From Bdellovibrionales bacterium (GTDB lineage: Bacteria > Bdellovibrionota > Bdellovibrionia > Bdellovibrionales > Bdellovibrionaceae), in NCBI GenBank assembly GCA_031370005.1, contig JANMPT010000028.1:128001-192000 (forward strand): 64,000 nucleotides of DNA. The letters run 5' to 3'. Both the position numbers and the translations under genes were made by a program. Within the stretch, counting starts at the first letter, position 1; each line of letters begins with the position of its first letter. The notes under the pieces are model-generated. The model searched no databases, had not been told where the DNA came from, and saw only the letters and a list, made by a program, of their open reading frames with translations. Shown here in pieces: positions 28,820 through 39,498 of this stretch.

Positions 28820-28829
28820 TACGGTCGGC

Positions 28830-29462
28830 TTACCTCTGCCCAAAGAAAAGAAAGAAGTCTTTATCATTGTATTTTTTCATAAAGAAATATTGATGGCCAT
28901 GCTTCATCTTTTTAGCTGCTTCCTGAATTGCAAGAGCTTTCAAACACCCCAAAGTAAGACGCTTTTCCTCAATGCAATAGGGGGGAACATCTTCTACTTT
29001 CGAAAACGGAACCCATGTTATATTAAAGTAATCCAGCCCTAAGGGGCGAACCTTCAGATCAATAAAGTCATTGAGGGTCAGCTCATTTGCCTTTTTATTT
29101 GGTAAAAGAAGCCAACAGGGCTTCGCGCAGGAGCGAATTTCCTCTGGGCTCGCCGTTTCGGCGTCTTCCAAGAGATGCACAGGAGTATGAAATATTTTTT
29201 CATACTCCGCCTTCAAAAGCTCAAGAACCTTCTGAGAGTCCTCTGACTGCGGCAGAAATCCCCAAATAACATAATGGGCACTCTGAAATTCAGGGGACAG
29301 GCGAAAAACAACTCCGTCAGCAATATTATGTAGATCCGGAGAAATTACAGAAACATCAATAATCGGTGCTGAACGAAGACTAACCCCGACCTTCACTAAA
29401 TAAATCATGCAGGCCGAAATTAACAAAAAAGCAATGGATAAAATAAGAACTATTTTTTTCAT
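28830..29462 (-). CDS. Hypothetical membrane-anchored protein
   Basis: 210-aa ORF, N-terminal TM, coupled to the upstream regulator. Confidence 0.7.
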   Translation of the reverse strand: MKKIVLILSIAFLLISACMIYLVKVGVSLRSAPIIDVSVISPDLHNIADGVVFRLSPEFQSAHYVIWGFLPQSEDSQKVLELLKAEYEKIFHTPVHLLEDAETASPEEIRSCAKPCWLLLPNKKANELTLNDFIDLKVRPLGLDYFNITWVPFSKVEDVPPYCIEEKRLTLGCLKALAIQEAAKKMKHGHQYFFMKKYNDKDFFLFFGQR

Positions 29463-30148
29463 TAAACGCGTTTTCTACTTCGCACCCAAAGTCGCAAAGG
29501 TGTAAGTTCTTTTTCACTCAATCCCACGAAATTTCCAGTAATTTTTCGAACACCATCCTGAGCCGGAATTTCTTCCGTAGAGACAACTCGCAGGGTTGGC
29601 ATCGGAATACCGATTTCTTTAAAAACTTCACTATGAACTTTAATCAAAGCGCCCGCTGCCGCATAAATATTGGATTGCATTGTGCAGCCGAACTCAGACA
29701 AAGATACGATTTCAGTCTTAGTCTCCAACTCCGCTTTTACGTGGATAGCCGCTTCGGCAAAGCGCGGAGGCTCTTGCTGGGCCTTATCAATAATATTTTT
29801 AATCTTTGCCAATAGAAGAGTAGGGTCAATCGGTTTAACAACATAATCATCAGCTCCCGCTTGGATACCCTTTTCAACATCTGTTTTCTCTCTTTTGCCA
29901 GTTAATAAAATCACCGGAAGACGAGCTAATTGCGGCTGACCTCTTATCGTTCGTAATAAGGCCAAACCTGTTCCTCCCACAGACATCACCACATCCGAGA
30001 TTACGAGATCAAAAGGCTCTTGACCTAAACGTGCCATGGCATCAATGGCGTTAGTGCAGGAGGTCACTAGGTGATTTTCACTTTTAAGCAATGCCTCTAG
30101 GGTCAACAAAACGCTTTGCTGATCATCGACAATAAGAATGTGTGCCAT
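29462..30148 (-). CDS. Response regulator with PilZ-like C-terminal domain
   Basis: ILIVDD, ISDVVM, GADDYVVKP; C-terminal SLSEFG. Confidence 0.85.
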   Translation of the reverse strand: MAHILIVDDQQSVLLTLEALLKSENHLVTSCTNAIDAMARLGQEPFDLVISDVVMSVGGTGLALLRTIRGQPQLARLPVILLTGKREKTDVEKGIQAGADDYVVKPIDPTLLLAKIKNIIDKAQQEPPRFAEAAIHVKAELETKTEIVSLSEFGCTMQSNIYAAAGALIKVHSEVFKEIGIPMPTLRVVSTEEIPAQDGVRKITGNFVGLSEKELTPLRLWVRSRKRV

Positions 30149-30159
30149 AAAAACTCCGC

Positions 30160-32670
30160 TTACGCCGCTACTCGAGTTGAGTACTTCTGCAACTCAAATA
30201 AACTTTTTGCCAGTTGATCATCAATTGAAACTAATAATGACTTGACCTCATCCAGGCTCGCAGCATCTTCGATAGTCTGACAAAGTTTTGCAAGGCCTGT
30301 CGCACCAAGTGTCGCACTGGTTGATTTTAACGCGTGCGCCGCCTCATGAATTTCAATTAGGTTACCCTTCTGAAAAGAAGAAGTGATAACATTCACCAAA
30401 TTTGGCGCAGTGCTCGCGAAATCCTCAATCAATGCTTCTGTGAGACTCTTGTTGTTTACAACAAATTTACGAAGCTTCTCTAATGCCGCTTCATCTATAA
30501 CTTTCGGCGAAGTTTTTAGCCAGCGATGTAGCACCTTGGTCAAACGATCTAGCTCTAGGGGCTTAGTTAGAAAATCATCCATACCGACGGCAAAACAAAT
30601 ATTCCGTTCACCACTGGCTCCTTCCGCCGTCAACGCAATTATTGGTATTTTCTCGCCCGTCTGTACTTCACGAATTTTTTTCGTGGCGTCATAACCCGTC
30701 ATAACTGGCATCTGGCAATCCATAAACACGAGATCATAGGAGTTCTGCTGAATTTTTTCTACTGCGATCTGTCCATTATTGGCTACATCTACCTCTAAAC
30801 CTAATTTCTGCAAATAAGTTACGGCCACTCGCTGGTTAACTAGCTGATCTTCGGCCAAGAGGACACGACCTTTAAAAATCGGTGCGAAATGGCTTTCTTT
30901 CTCAACCGAAATTTGGTCTAAGGCGGCTTCTGGCAACTCAAGATTAAACCAGAATGTAGACCCCAAACCCACCTTACTATGAAGTCCAATCTGCCCACCC
31001 ATCAATTCAATAAGCTGGCGACAAATTGAAAGACCCAGACCAGTTCCTCCGAATTTCATACCTGATTTAGTCTGAAAGTACTTTTGAAAAAGTGACTGAC
31101 TCTCGTCCTCAGTCATTCCAGCACCCGTGTCCATCACGGAGATTTTAAGGCTGGATTTCTGCGCGTAGGACCTTACACACTCCACAGTAATACGAATATG
31201 ACCGCGCTCCGTAAACTTTACTGCATTGCCGATAAGGTTCACCATGACTTGGCGTAACCTTTCAGGATCAGCTACAAATGCCCACTCATCGCGGCCGAGA
31301 AAGCTGATCTCAAGGCCAATATTCTTTTCTTGAACTGTTGGGAAAAAAAGCTCTAAAACATCTTCACAAAGAAATTTTAAATCGAATGATCGCGGGTTTA
31401 TTTGAATCTTACCAGCTTCAATTTTCGAGTGGTCCAAGATGTCATTGATCAACCTTAAAAGGGCCTCTGCGGATCTTTTGATGATTCCCACATAGTCTTT
31501 TTGCTCTTCAGTCAGCGAGGTTTCAGCTAATAAAGTCGACATCCCCATCACACCGTTCATCGGTGTGCGAATTTCGTGGCTCATGGCCGCCAAAAAATCA
31601 GATTTCTTTCGAGCAGTGTCTAACGCAGATTCACGGGCTCTTAGCCACTCCTGCTCTGTTGCTTTACGGCGACTAATGTCACGAAACACGACAAGAGCAC
31701 CGCGAATACTGCCATCGATATCACGAAGATACCGACTGCTAATGCTGATGTAAATACCCTCAGGGTTTACCTCGTTTTGTACAAAGATCTCAAGATCTTC
31801 AACCTGCTCTCCGCGCAGTGCGCGAGCAAATGGAAGCTCCAACAGACCAATTTGCTTTAAACTATTGATTTCAAAAAAACCAAACTCCTTGGCATCTGTA
31901 TCCGAAGAAATACTTTTAATTTTATTTCCGATAATCCGCTGAGCTGCTGTATTGTAGCGGGTAAAATAACCCCTCTCATCAACAACGATCAAGGCCTCAC
32001 TAATACTATTTAGAATTCCATCTAAGAGAATTGACTGAATTTTTAGATCTGAGATATCTTTCTTCTGCTCCTTAAAGGAGTTCTCTTGCAAATAGCGACT
32101 CATCAGTATGCAATAACAAGAAACCACAAGCCCCAATAAAAAATACCAAAGCGCAGCTGGCAGTGTCATGCCAAAAAGACTCAATGGCTGTGACGTATTT
32201 TCACGTATGTCCTTGATCATGCCGTCCAAAAGAACAACCACCTCGCCGGACTCTGGCACTCCAGCCACAACCCGATCACCGTGGGACCTGCCGCTTTGTT
32301 TTCTCTCGAGCCTTTCATTTAGGCCCAAAAAATAAGACCGAGATTTTTTCTGAATCTCAACGAATTTTTTTTGTTGCTCAGGAATCTTTTTAAAGCTGTC
32401 TGACAATTCGCTAAAACGCCGTGCGAGCTGGACAATCTCTAGATTATAATCATCTAGATCTTTACTTCTGCCATTCGTCAAATACTGCGCGCTATTTTTT
32501 GCGGCCTGATTAATACGTTGGCGCGTTTCAAGAAGTAAAGAAAGACTATAAATATCTGACTTTGAGGTGTTCTCTTGGAAGTAATAGAAACTTGATGCAA
32601 CAATTAACAGTACCCCGAATTGGGTTCCGAAACGTCTTAATAAAAAATGGAATAACGAAGACTTATCCAT
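30160..32670 (-). CDS. Hybrid sensor histidine kinase (PAS-HisKA-HATPase-REC-Hpt)
   Basis: MSHEIRTPMNG, NLIGNAVKFT, GGTGLGLSI, FMDCQMP, AAHALKS. Confidence 0.93.
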   Translation of the reverse strand: MDKSSLFHFLLRRFGTQFGVLLIVASSFYYFQENTSKSDIYSLSLLLETRQRINQAAKNSAQYLTNGRSKDLDDYNLEIVQLARRFSELSDSFKKIPEQQKKFVEIQKKSRSYFLGLNERLERKQSGRSHGDRVVAGVPESGEVVVLLDGMIKDIRENTSQPLSLFGMTLPAALWYFLLGLVVSCYCILMSRYLQENSFKEQKKDISDLKIQSILLDGILNSISEALIVVDERGYFTRYNTAAQRIIGNKIKSISSDTDAKEFGFFEINSLKQIGLLELPFARALRGEQVEDLEIFVQNEVNPEGIYISISSRYLRDIDGSIRGALVVFRDISRRKATEQEWLRARESALDTARKKSDFLAAMSHEIRTPMNGVMGMSTLLAETSLTEEQKDYVGIIKRSAEALLRLINDILDHSKIEAGKIQINPRSFDLKFLCEDVLELFFPTVQEKNIGLEISFLGRDEWAFVADPERLRQVMVNLIGNAVKFTERGHIRITVECVRSYAQKSSLKISVMDTGAGMTEDESQSLFQKYFQTKSGMKFGGTGLGLSICRQLIELMGGQIGLHSKVGLGSTFWFNLELPEAALDQISVEKESHFAPIFKGRVLLAEDQLVNQRVAVTYLQKLGLEVDVANNGQIAVEKIQQNSYDLVFMDCQMPVMTGYDATKKIREVQTGEKIPIIALTAEGASGERNICFAVGMDDFLTKPLELDRLTKVLHRWLKTSPKVIDEAALEKLRKFVVNNKSLTEALIEDFASTAPNLVNVITSSFQKGNLIEIHEAAHALKSTSATLGATGLAKLCQTIEDAASLDEVKSLLVSIDDQLAKSLFELQKYSTRVAA

Positions 32671-32753
32671 CTGTAACGTATCGGTAAAATATGTTTTTTT
32701 TTAATATGTCAGACGCTACATCAATGCTTTGGTCTAGCCATAAACCTTAAAAA

Positions 32754-34175
32754 TTACTCTTCTTCTCCTAAATGAGCCTCAGGCATATCGCCTCCCATAG
32801 CATTATCTTCAAGATCTCTGTCAGAAAATTCGAAATTCATCTCTTGTGTTTTTACCACACGATGACTGGATTTTAAAAGTTCGCGTCCGTCGCGAAGCAC
32901 GCTGACTGAGAGTTTCGAGTTGTTCCTTAAAAAGGGTGCCGCCATCGGCAGTGAGAGAGTTGCATTTTCGGAGCGATGAATAATCTGCCCATCGGCTTTC
33001 CAAACATACTCTTTCATCCCAATATTCATATCTGGACTAGCCTTACCAGAGATGTTTGCTGAAATCTCCTGAGGATTACTCATTTCCATTTTTACATTGA
33101 TATCCAAAGGCTTCACAGAAGCAATACGTAGCGAGTTCAGTGAAGTCTGAGGGGCCTTGTCAAAACGGCCCTCTTTATATGCCGCCAACGTTGCTGCTGG
33201 AATACTTTCCATAAAGTTCTCAAGCTCTTTATATGTCACACATTTCACTTCTGGCTTAGTACAAACCTCACGAGCAAACTCCCTCATTGCATCCCAATAT
33301 GCGCTACCATTCCACTTGCTAAAATGGTGGCCAATGTGAATCGGAGCGCGATTGCCGTAATAATTCGTATCAAAATAACCCATATAAGTATTTAGCATTT
33401 CAGCTTTATACTTTCGATAATTTGAAGAATCATCTTTGCCACCTGATTGAGTGTAAAAAAAATTGTAATCCATCGTAAGAGTTCTTTTGCCGGTACCAGC
33501 AATACGAATTCGCGCCAAAGGAAAATTCCAAACGTCATTAATTTTTTGCGGCCAATAATTCATCGAGGCGGTCTTACTTGTGTCGTAAGTATATTTGTAC
33601 TCTTTCAAAACATTGTACATATCAGGATTATTGCCTAATTGTGGTGCTCTAAATCCAGTTATTTCTTTTGGCGTAAAGTGATAAGGATTAGCATTCGTTG
33701 TCATTCTGATTTTATTAAGGTTGAAAACATTAAAAACCAAATTGTAGAACTGTTTGAATTCACTTTCCCAATCTGCCAATGACCAGGTCGCTCCTGTGAA
33801 GTGACCATTTGCATGAGAAGCGATTTCATTGCCAGAATCATAAGCCTGATTCACAAAGCCTACGCGAGCCTTAATATCTTCCTTTGATTTTCCACCCCAT
33901 CCGATTGCTGAAACGCCAACGCCATGGGTAGGCTCCACATAGTTCGCCTTTTCTGACTTAAGTAAAAAATATACTCCGCTGATAAAATATGTAAACTTTA
34001 GATTATTATCATGAGCAAAACGAAGGGTTTCATCCCACATATCCAAATTCAAAGAGCCATCAAAGCCAAGCAATACATATTGCGGAGGCCTTTCCACTCT
34101 TATGGCTTCCTGTGCCTGGACAAAATTCCCAAAAAGACTTGCGGACATGCAAAGTGCTATAATTATGCTTTTCAT
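32754..34175 (-). CDS. Secreted polysaccharide deacetylase family protein
   Basis: Signal peptide; RPPQYVLLGFDG, EIASHANGH, GFRAPQLG. Confidence 0.75.
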   Translation of the reverse strand: MKSIIIALCMSASLFGNFVQAQEAIRVERPPQYVLLGFDGSLNLDMWDETLRFAHDNNLKFTYFISGVYFLLKSEKANYVEPTHGVGVSAIGWGGKSKEDIKARVGFVNQAYDSGNEIASHANGHFTGATWSLADWESEFKQFYNLVFNVFNLNKIRMTTNANPYHFTPKEITGFRAPQLGNNPDMYNVLKEYKYTYDTSKTASMNYWPQKINDVWNFPLARIRIAGTGKRTLTMDYNFFYTQSGGKDDSSNYRKYKAEMLNTYMGYFDTNYYGNRAPIHIGHHFSKWNGSAYWDAMREFAREVCTKPEVKCVTYKELENFMESIPAATLAAYKEGRFDKAPQTSLNSLRIASVKPLDINVKMEMSNPQEISANISGKASPDMNIGMKEYVWKADGQIIHRSENATLSLPMAAPFLRNNSKLSVSVLRDGRELLKSSHRVVKTQEMNFEFSDRDLEDNAMGGDMPEAHLGEEE

Positions 34176-34334
34176 TTGGCACCTGCTTTCCCATTGAGCT
34201 CATTTTGAGCTCAGGGCAATAAAGCCCTGATCAGTCTCCAATGCGACATTCATACCGGTGTTGAAAAACAGTTTGTTTTGATTTAACACTCCGAGGGGTG
34301 TCTAAACTCTTTACAGATGCCGTTAATTTTCGGC

Positions 34335-35693
34335 TCACACTCTCTTGTAATCATCTTGATATCGAACGATATCATCTTCCCCAAAATAACTTCCCAATTG
34401 GACTTCGACAAATTCAAGGATCTCTTCAGAGATATTACGGATGCGGTGCTTTGCTTGAATTGGAATGAAAATATGACTGCCTGCTTTTACTGAAATAACT
34501 TGATCATTAAGAATCACCTCACCCACCCCGCGCGTAATAATCCAGTGCTCGGCTCGTTTACTATGTGATTGGTATGAGATCTGTGACATCGGATTGACAG
34601 TAATAATTTTAGATTTGAAGTGATCAGTGTCACAAAGAATCTCAAAAGCCCCCCAAGGTCGTTTCTCAAAGACATGGTCCTTGATAAGTGTTGAGCCCTG
34701 CTTTTGCAAAGCTTCAACGACTTGCTTAACTTCTTGAGACTCACCCTTTTTAACTACCATTAAAGCGTCAGCTGTATCTACCAAAATAAGATCATTAGTA
34801 CCTACGAAAGAATAGGCTTTTCCTTGGCGACCGAAAACGAAATTGTGATGACCATTTACCTCTAGAGATTTATTGGCAGCATGCCCCTCGGCGACCTGAG
34901 CCACTGCATCCCAGGACCCCACATCACTCCACGCCATATCCGCTGGAATACATGCGAGTTCTTCTGAGCTTAGTTTCTCCATAATTGCGTAATCGATAGA
35001 AACATTTTGGAACTGAGAATAAACTTCGCTGAGATTACTCAGGTCGGATTTTAATTGAGAGACTGTTTTGAAAAGATCTGGTTGAAGTCTTTGAAACTTC
35101 TCAAGGATTGATTTCGCTTTAAAAATAAACATTCCCGCATTCCAAAAATAATCACCAGAAGCCAAAAACTTCTTAGCATTTTCTAATGACGGCTTTTCAT
35201 GAAACTTCAAAACCTTGTTTGACCTAGCTTCTTTTTGAATATAACCATAGCCCGTCGCTGGGTGATCTGGTTGAATACCAAGCGTGACAATTTTATTTTG
35301 TAGTGCTAACTTCTCGGCCTCTTTTACGGCTTGATAAAAAGTCTCAGTGTTTTGAATCAAGTGATCTGATGGAAACACACCAACAACCTCTTCGCCCAAG
35401 CCACGCTGAACCAAAATCTGCGCGAGCACTGCCACCGCCGGTGCGGTGTTTTTCGCCTCTGGTTCATAAATAATATTCACATCTTGAAAACGCAGGTCTT
35501 TCAAGTTGGATTCCGTCAAGACTTTCAATGCTATGCCTGTAACTATCCAAAGCGAACCGAGGCGTTCGCACCTTTTCAAAGTAAGGCTTTGCAAGGAGTC
35601 TTCAAAAATCTCACAGAACTGTTTAGGGAAATTTGCACGAGAAACTGGCCACAGACGAACCCCGCTTCCGCCGGATAAAATTACTGGAATCAC
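34335..35693 (-). CDS. manC: Mannose-1-phosphate guanylyltransferase / mannose-6-phosphate isomerase
   Basis: ILSGGSGVRLWP..PKQF, WSDVGSW, RPWG cupin; GTG after GAGGAGG. Confidence 0.93.
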   Translation of the reverse strand: MIPVILSGGSGVRLWPVSRANFPKQFCEIFEDSLQSLTLKRCERLGSLWIVTGIALKVLTESNLKDLRFQDVNIIYEPEAKNTAPAVAVLAQILVQRGLGEEVVGVFPSDHLIQNTETFYQAVKEAEKLALQNKIVTLGIQPDHPATGYGYIQKEARSNKVLKFHEKPSLENAKKFLASGDYFWNAGMFIFKAKSILEKFQRLQPDLFKTVSQLKSDLSNLSEVYSQFQNVSIDYAIMEKLSSEELACIPADMAWSDVGSWDAVAQVAEGHAANKSLEVNGHHNFVFGRQGKAYSFVGTNDLILVDTADALMVVKKGESQEVKQVVEALQKQGSTLIKDHVFEKRPWGAFEILCDTDHFKSKIITVNPMSQISYQSHSKRAEHWIITRGVGEVILNDQVISVKAGSHIFIPIQAKHRIRNISEEILEFVEVQLGSYFGEDDIVRYQDDYKRV

Positions 35694-35864
35694 AATGGTT
35701 CCTCCTCTAACAAAGGACCATAAAACCAAAAGGTCTGGTCAAGGTCTACTAATAGCCACAGATTGATTCAGATGGTCATCTAAATCTGAGTCTTATTCGC
35801 GACAGTGTCGAAGAAAACCCACAAAAATCCGCTGAATTTGGACTGCTTTTTCGTCGTGAAAAAT

Positions 35865-35893
35865 TAGACTTTTTGCAATGATAGAGACATAAT
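35865..35893 (+). promoter_or_regulatory. Sigma70-like promoter
   Basis: TAGACT-N17-CATAAT, 27 nt upstream of the aminotransferase ATG. Confidence 0.5.
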
Positions 35894-35920
35894 TAAATCC
35901 TTATCTGGAGGATTTAATTC

Positions 35921-37030
35921 ATGAGCATTCCTTTTATTGACCTGAAAACACAGTATAAAGCCCTTAAGACTTCCATCGACTCGCGTATCCAAAAAGTCCT
36001 TGATCATGGTGCCTATATAAACGGCCCAGAAATTGCCGAACTCGAAGCAAAACTCGCACAACACTCCGGCGCAAAATACGCTCTCACCTGTGCCAGTGGT
36101 ACTGACGCCCTTGTATTACCTTTGATGGCCTTAGGCATAGGCTCTGGCGATGAGGTTATCACCACAGCCTTCTCTTTTATTGCAACGGCAGAGACCATTT
36201 GTCTTGTTGGCGCAAAGCCTATCTTTGTAGACATTGATCCTATCACCTACAATATTGATTTAAAAGCCCTGGAGAAAGCTATCACGCCAAAAACAAAAGC
36301 CATAATGCCTGTTTCTTTGTATGGTCAAATGGCAGACATGGATGAAATCAATGTCCTCGCTAAAAAACACAATCTTTTTGTGATTGAAGATGCGGCACAA
36401 AGTTACGGCGCAAGTTACAAAGACCGCAAATCTTGTAACACCTCTCTTGTTGGCGCAACGAGTTTCTTTCCAGCAAAACCGCTTGGTTGCTATGGAGATG
36501 GTGGTGCAGTTTTTACCAATGACGAAAAACTTTTAAAAGTAATGAAGGAAATCCGCGAGCACGGTTCTGAGTCTCGTTACTATCACACGCGCTTAGGCAT
36601 CAACGGCCGTTTGGACACCATCCAATGCGCTATTCTTTTGGCTAAAATGGAAAGATACGACTGGGAAATTGAACAAAGACAAAAAATTGCCACCCGCTTT
36701 AATGAAGCTTTTTCAGCTATCAAGGCCCCAGGTTTTACTACTCCAGTAGTTAAAGCCGACCGTCAAAGCGCTTGGGCACAATACACCTTGTCTGTGGAAA
36801 ACCGCACTGAATTCCAGAAGAAACTCACAGACGCGGGCGTGCCCACTTCTGTGCATTATCCTCGCACGATGCCAGATCAACCTTGGTACAAAGAAAATAC
36901 GCCTTGCAATAACGACATCTCCAGGGCTCGCCACGCTGCGGAGCATGTGATTAGCTTGCCAATGTTTCCAGATATGGATACAGCAACTCAGGACAAAATC
37001 ATTGCCACTGTTATCAGCGCAATGAAGTAA
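35921..37030 (+). CDS. DegT/DnrJ/EryC1/StrS sugar aminotransferase (WbpE-like)
   Basis: SGTDAL, IEDAAQS, SFFPAKPLGCYGDGGA. Confidence 0.92.
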   Translation: MSIPFIDLKTQYKALKTSIDSRIQKVLDHGAYINGPEIAELEAKLAQHSGAKYALTCASGTDALVLPLMALGIGSGDEVITTAFSFIATAETICLVGAKPIFVDIDPITYNIDLKALEKAITPKTKAIMPVSLYGQMADMDEINVLAKKHNLFVIEDAAQSYGASYKDRKSCNTSLVGATSFFPAKPLGCYGDGGAVFTNDEKLLKVMKEIREHGSESRYYHTRLGINGRLDTIQCAILLAKMERYDWEIEQRQKIATRFNEAFSAIKAPGFTTPVVKADRQSAWAQYTLSVENRTEFQKKLTDAGVPTSVHYPRTMPDQPWYKENTPCNNDISRARHAAEHVISLPMFPDMDTATQDKIIATVISAMK

Positions 37031-37038
37031 GGATTTTC

Positions 37039-37890
37039 ATGTCTACGGGTTTTAAAGCGCTTGAAAAAACAGTAACCATGCAAACCTCTCAGGGACCCAT
37101 TACTTGGGGAGATGGGAAGAATTTCGTTCTCTTCGCGGGCCCTGATATTATTGAAGATGAGGGTATGGTTTTAGAAACAGGCAAAGAAATTCAAAGAATC
37201 ACAAAGGCTTTAGGTATTCCGTGGATTTTGAAATGCTCTTTTGACAAAGCAAATCGTCAAAGTGCTAGTAGCTTCCGTGGTCCTGGAACTAATAGTGCGC
37301 TTAGAAGCTTAGATAAAATCAAAACCGAATTAAACTGCCCACTTTTAACAGATATCCATGAAACCATTCAGGTTGAAGACACAGCAAAGGTTGCCGACGT
37401 TTTGCAAATCCCCGCCTTTCTTTCTCGTCAAACAGACTTGTTAGTGGCCGCTGCAAAAACACAGAAAATCATTCATATCAAAAAGGGTCAGTTCTTGGCT
37501 CCTTGGGATATGAGGGCTATCGCCAATAAAGCCGTAGCTGCGGGGAACAGCAAGCTTCTTCTTTGTGAGCGTGGAACAACTTTTGGATACAATCGTTTAA
37601 TTAACGATATGACGGGCTTGATCGAAATGCGCAATCTTGGGTTCCCGGTAATTATGGATGCAACTCACTCCACTCAACTTCCGGGAGCTACTGGCGAAAG
37701 CAGCGGCGGCCGCGGCGAGATGGTTTGGCCCTTAGCTAGAGCGGCGGTAGCTGTGGGCGTAGATGGAGTTTTTCTAGAAACGCATCCAAATCCGGAAGTG
37801 GCACTTTGCGATGGTCCGACATCACTTCCGCTTAGAAATTTAGAAGCAATGCTTAAGAATCTACAAAAAATCTGGCAAACACACTTCTAA
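37039..37890 (+). CDS. kdsA: KDO 8-phosphate synthase
   Basis: SFDKANR, QIPAFLSRQTDL, KKGQFLAP, DATHS. Confidence 0.93.
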   Translation: MSTGFKALEKTVTMQTSQGPITWGDGKNFVLFAGPDIIEDEGMVLETGKEIQRITKALGIPWILKCSFDKANRQSASSFRGPGTNSALRSLDKIKTELNCPLLTDIHETIQVEDTAKVADVLQIPAFLSRQTDLLVAAAKTQKIIHIKKGQFLAPWDMRAIANKAVAAGNSKLLLCERGTTFGYNRLINDMTGLIEMRNLGFPVIMDATHSTQLPGATGESSGGRGEMVWPLARAAVAVGVDGVFLETHPNPEVALCDGPTSLPLRNLEAMLKNLQKIWQTHF

Positions 37891-37907
37891 TTCGACGGAT
37901 CTAACTC

Positions 37908-38888
37908 ATGCAGAAAAAAGTAAAGAACATCCTCATCCAAACTCTAAAGATTGGCTTTTCTGCGGGCCTTATTTTTTGGCTTATCCAATCAGGCAAATTG
38001 AATTTTAAAGCTCTTGCCAGCCTCTTGCGTCCGGAATATTTAATACCAGGATTTTTACTAATCGCTGGAAGCATGTATCTAACCAGCGAGCGTTGGCGCA
38101 TTCTTTTGCAAACCCAAAGCCATCATCTCAAATCATGGAAAACTTTTAAGCTAACCATGATCGGAGTTTTTTTTAACTTTGCAGTCCCTGGCGGCGTTGG
38201 CGGAGACATTGTTAAAGCTTTCTATTTCACTAAAGATTATCCTGAGTCCAAAATGGCGGCCGCGACAAGCGTCCTCATGGACCGTATTCTCGGACTTTAT
38301 GCGATGATCTTAATGGCTCTCCTTGCTATGCTTTTTGACTGGAAGCATATCCAAACAAACAGCTCCCTACATTTCCTTTTGATAATCGTCTTAACCTTGT
38401 TCTGCGGCGCCTCCGTCGCTTTTGCATTAGTATTTTCGCAAAAAATATACGATCGAGGATCTTTTAAAAGACGACTTGAGAAGCTTCCGCTTCACAACAA
38501 AACTATTCGTATTTATGAGTCTATTCATCTCTATGGCCGCAGTTATAAAAATCTTATCAGCAGTATTTCTATCAGTCTCTTGGCTCAATCATTCTCAATT
38601 GTATTCATGATCTTAGCTGGTCACGCTTCAGGACTCGGCACAGAGATGCAATGGTCTACTTACTTCCTCGTGGCTCCACTTGGATTTATGGCTACAGCTA
38701 TCCCTATTTCGCCGGCAGGGGTCGGCATTGGCCAAGCTGCCTTTTACTTTCTATTTAATCTTTATACCGGGCACGCCACTGACTTGGGGCCAACCGTAGT
38801 CACCGCCTACCAAGTAACTCAGTTTCTTCTGGGACTCCTTGGTGCTTTTTTCTATATGCAAAGAAAAGAAAAAGCGCCAAGTCCATAG
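37908..38888 (+). CDS. Lysylphosphatidylglycerol synthase TM / flippase-like protein
   Basis: RWRILL, FFN..PGGVGGD, DRILGL, PISPAGVG. Confidence 0.85.
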   Translation: MQKKVKNILIQTLKIGFSAGLIFWLIQSGKLNFKALASLLRPEYLIPGFLLIAGSMYLTSERWRILLQTQSHHLKSWKTFKLTMIGVFFNFAVPGGVGGDIVKAFYFTKDYPESKMAAATSVLMDRILGLYAMILMALLAMLFDWKHIQTNSSLHFLLIIVLTLFCGASVAFALVFSQKIYDRGSFKRRLEKLPLHNKTIRIYESIHLYGRSYKNLISSISISLLAQSFSIVFMILAGHASGLGTEMQWSTYFLVAPLGFMATAIPISPAGVGIGQAAFYFLFNLYTGHATDLGPTVVTAYQVTQFLLGLLGAFFYMQRKEKAPSP

Positions 38889-38898
38889 TTTCTATTTT

Positions 38899-39498
38899 TT
38901 AAATTAAAATTTCCGAAAAATTCGCAATCAATTTATATTTGAAATCAGAATGTGTCTTTTGAAATTCTTGAAGTTTCAAAATCTCGTGCTCTTGCTTTTC
39001 TGAAGTCACAAGATAGAGCCTACGCACTCCTGACAAAAATGCCGGCATCAAATCTGTTGCACTATCACCCACCATTGCCGAGGAAAAAAATGAAACACCC
39101 AACTCTTCTTCCGCATGTTTAAACATGCCGACATCAGGCTTGCGATAGTGTGGACGAGCTTGCGCCTGTTTAAACTCCGTCCCATCGTAGTATGGCGCAC
39201 AAAGTGCCAAATCTGCCCACTCACCTTGAGCCGCAAGCAACTGACACATTTTCTGATGAACCTGACGATAGGCCGTCCAAGAAAAATAACCACGCCCAAG
39301 TCCTGATTGATTGCTTACGATCACAATCCACATGCCAAGGCCATGAGCTTTTTTAAAGAGTTCTATTACTCCAGGCCTTAAGGTCACCTTTGAAAGATCT
39401 GTATTGTAAGGAATGTCATGAATGATCACACCATCACGATCCAAAAACAAACAAGCTTGTGTTCCAAAACCCTCTAAGGACCTCTCGCTCTTTGACAT
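38899..39498 (-). CDS. gmhB: D-glycero-D-manno-heptose bisphosphate phosphatase (HAD IIIA)
   Basis: FLDRDGVI, SNQSG, RKPD.GM, MVGD. Confidence 0.88.
   Translation of the reverse strand: MSKSERSLEGFGTQACLFLDRDGVIIHDIPYNTDLSKVTLRPGVIELFKKAHGLGMWIVIVSNQSGLGRGYFSWTAYRQVHQKMCQLLAAQGEWADLALCAPYYDGTEFKQAQARPHYRKPDVGMFKHAEEELGVSFFSSAMVGDSATDLMPAFLSGVRRLYLVTSEKQEHEILKLQEFQKTHSDFKYKLIANFSEILI

Larger units (their letters stand above)
12138..28820. mobile_element. Putative tRNA-Arg-anchored genomic island, integrase not visible; right boundary approximate
   Basis: Starts at the tRNA 3' end; TA system, metal efflux and foreign-looking cargo; long AT-rich intergenic gaps; core-type genes resume at 28830. 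Confidence 0.65.
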
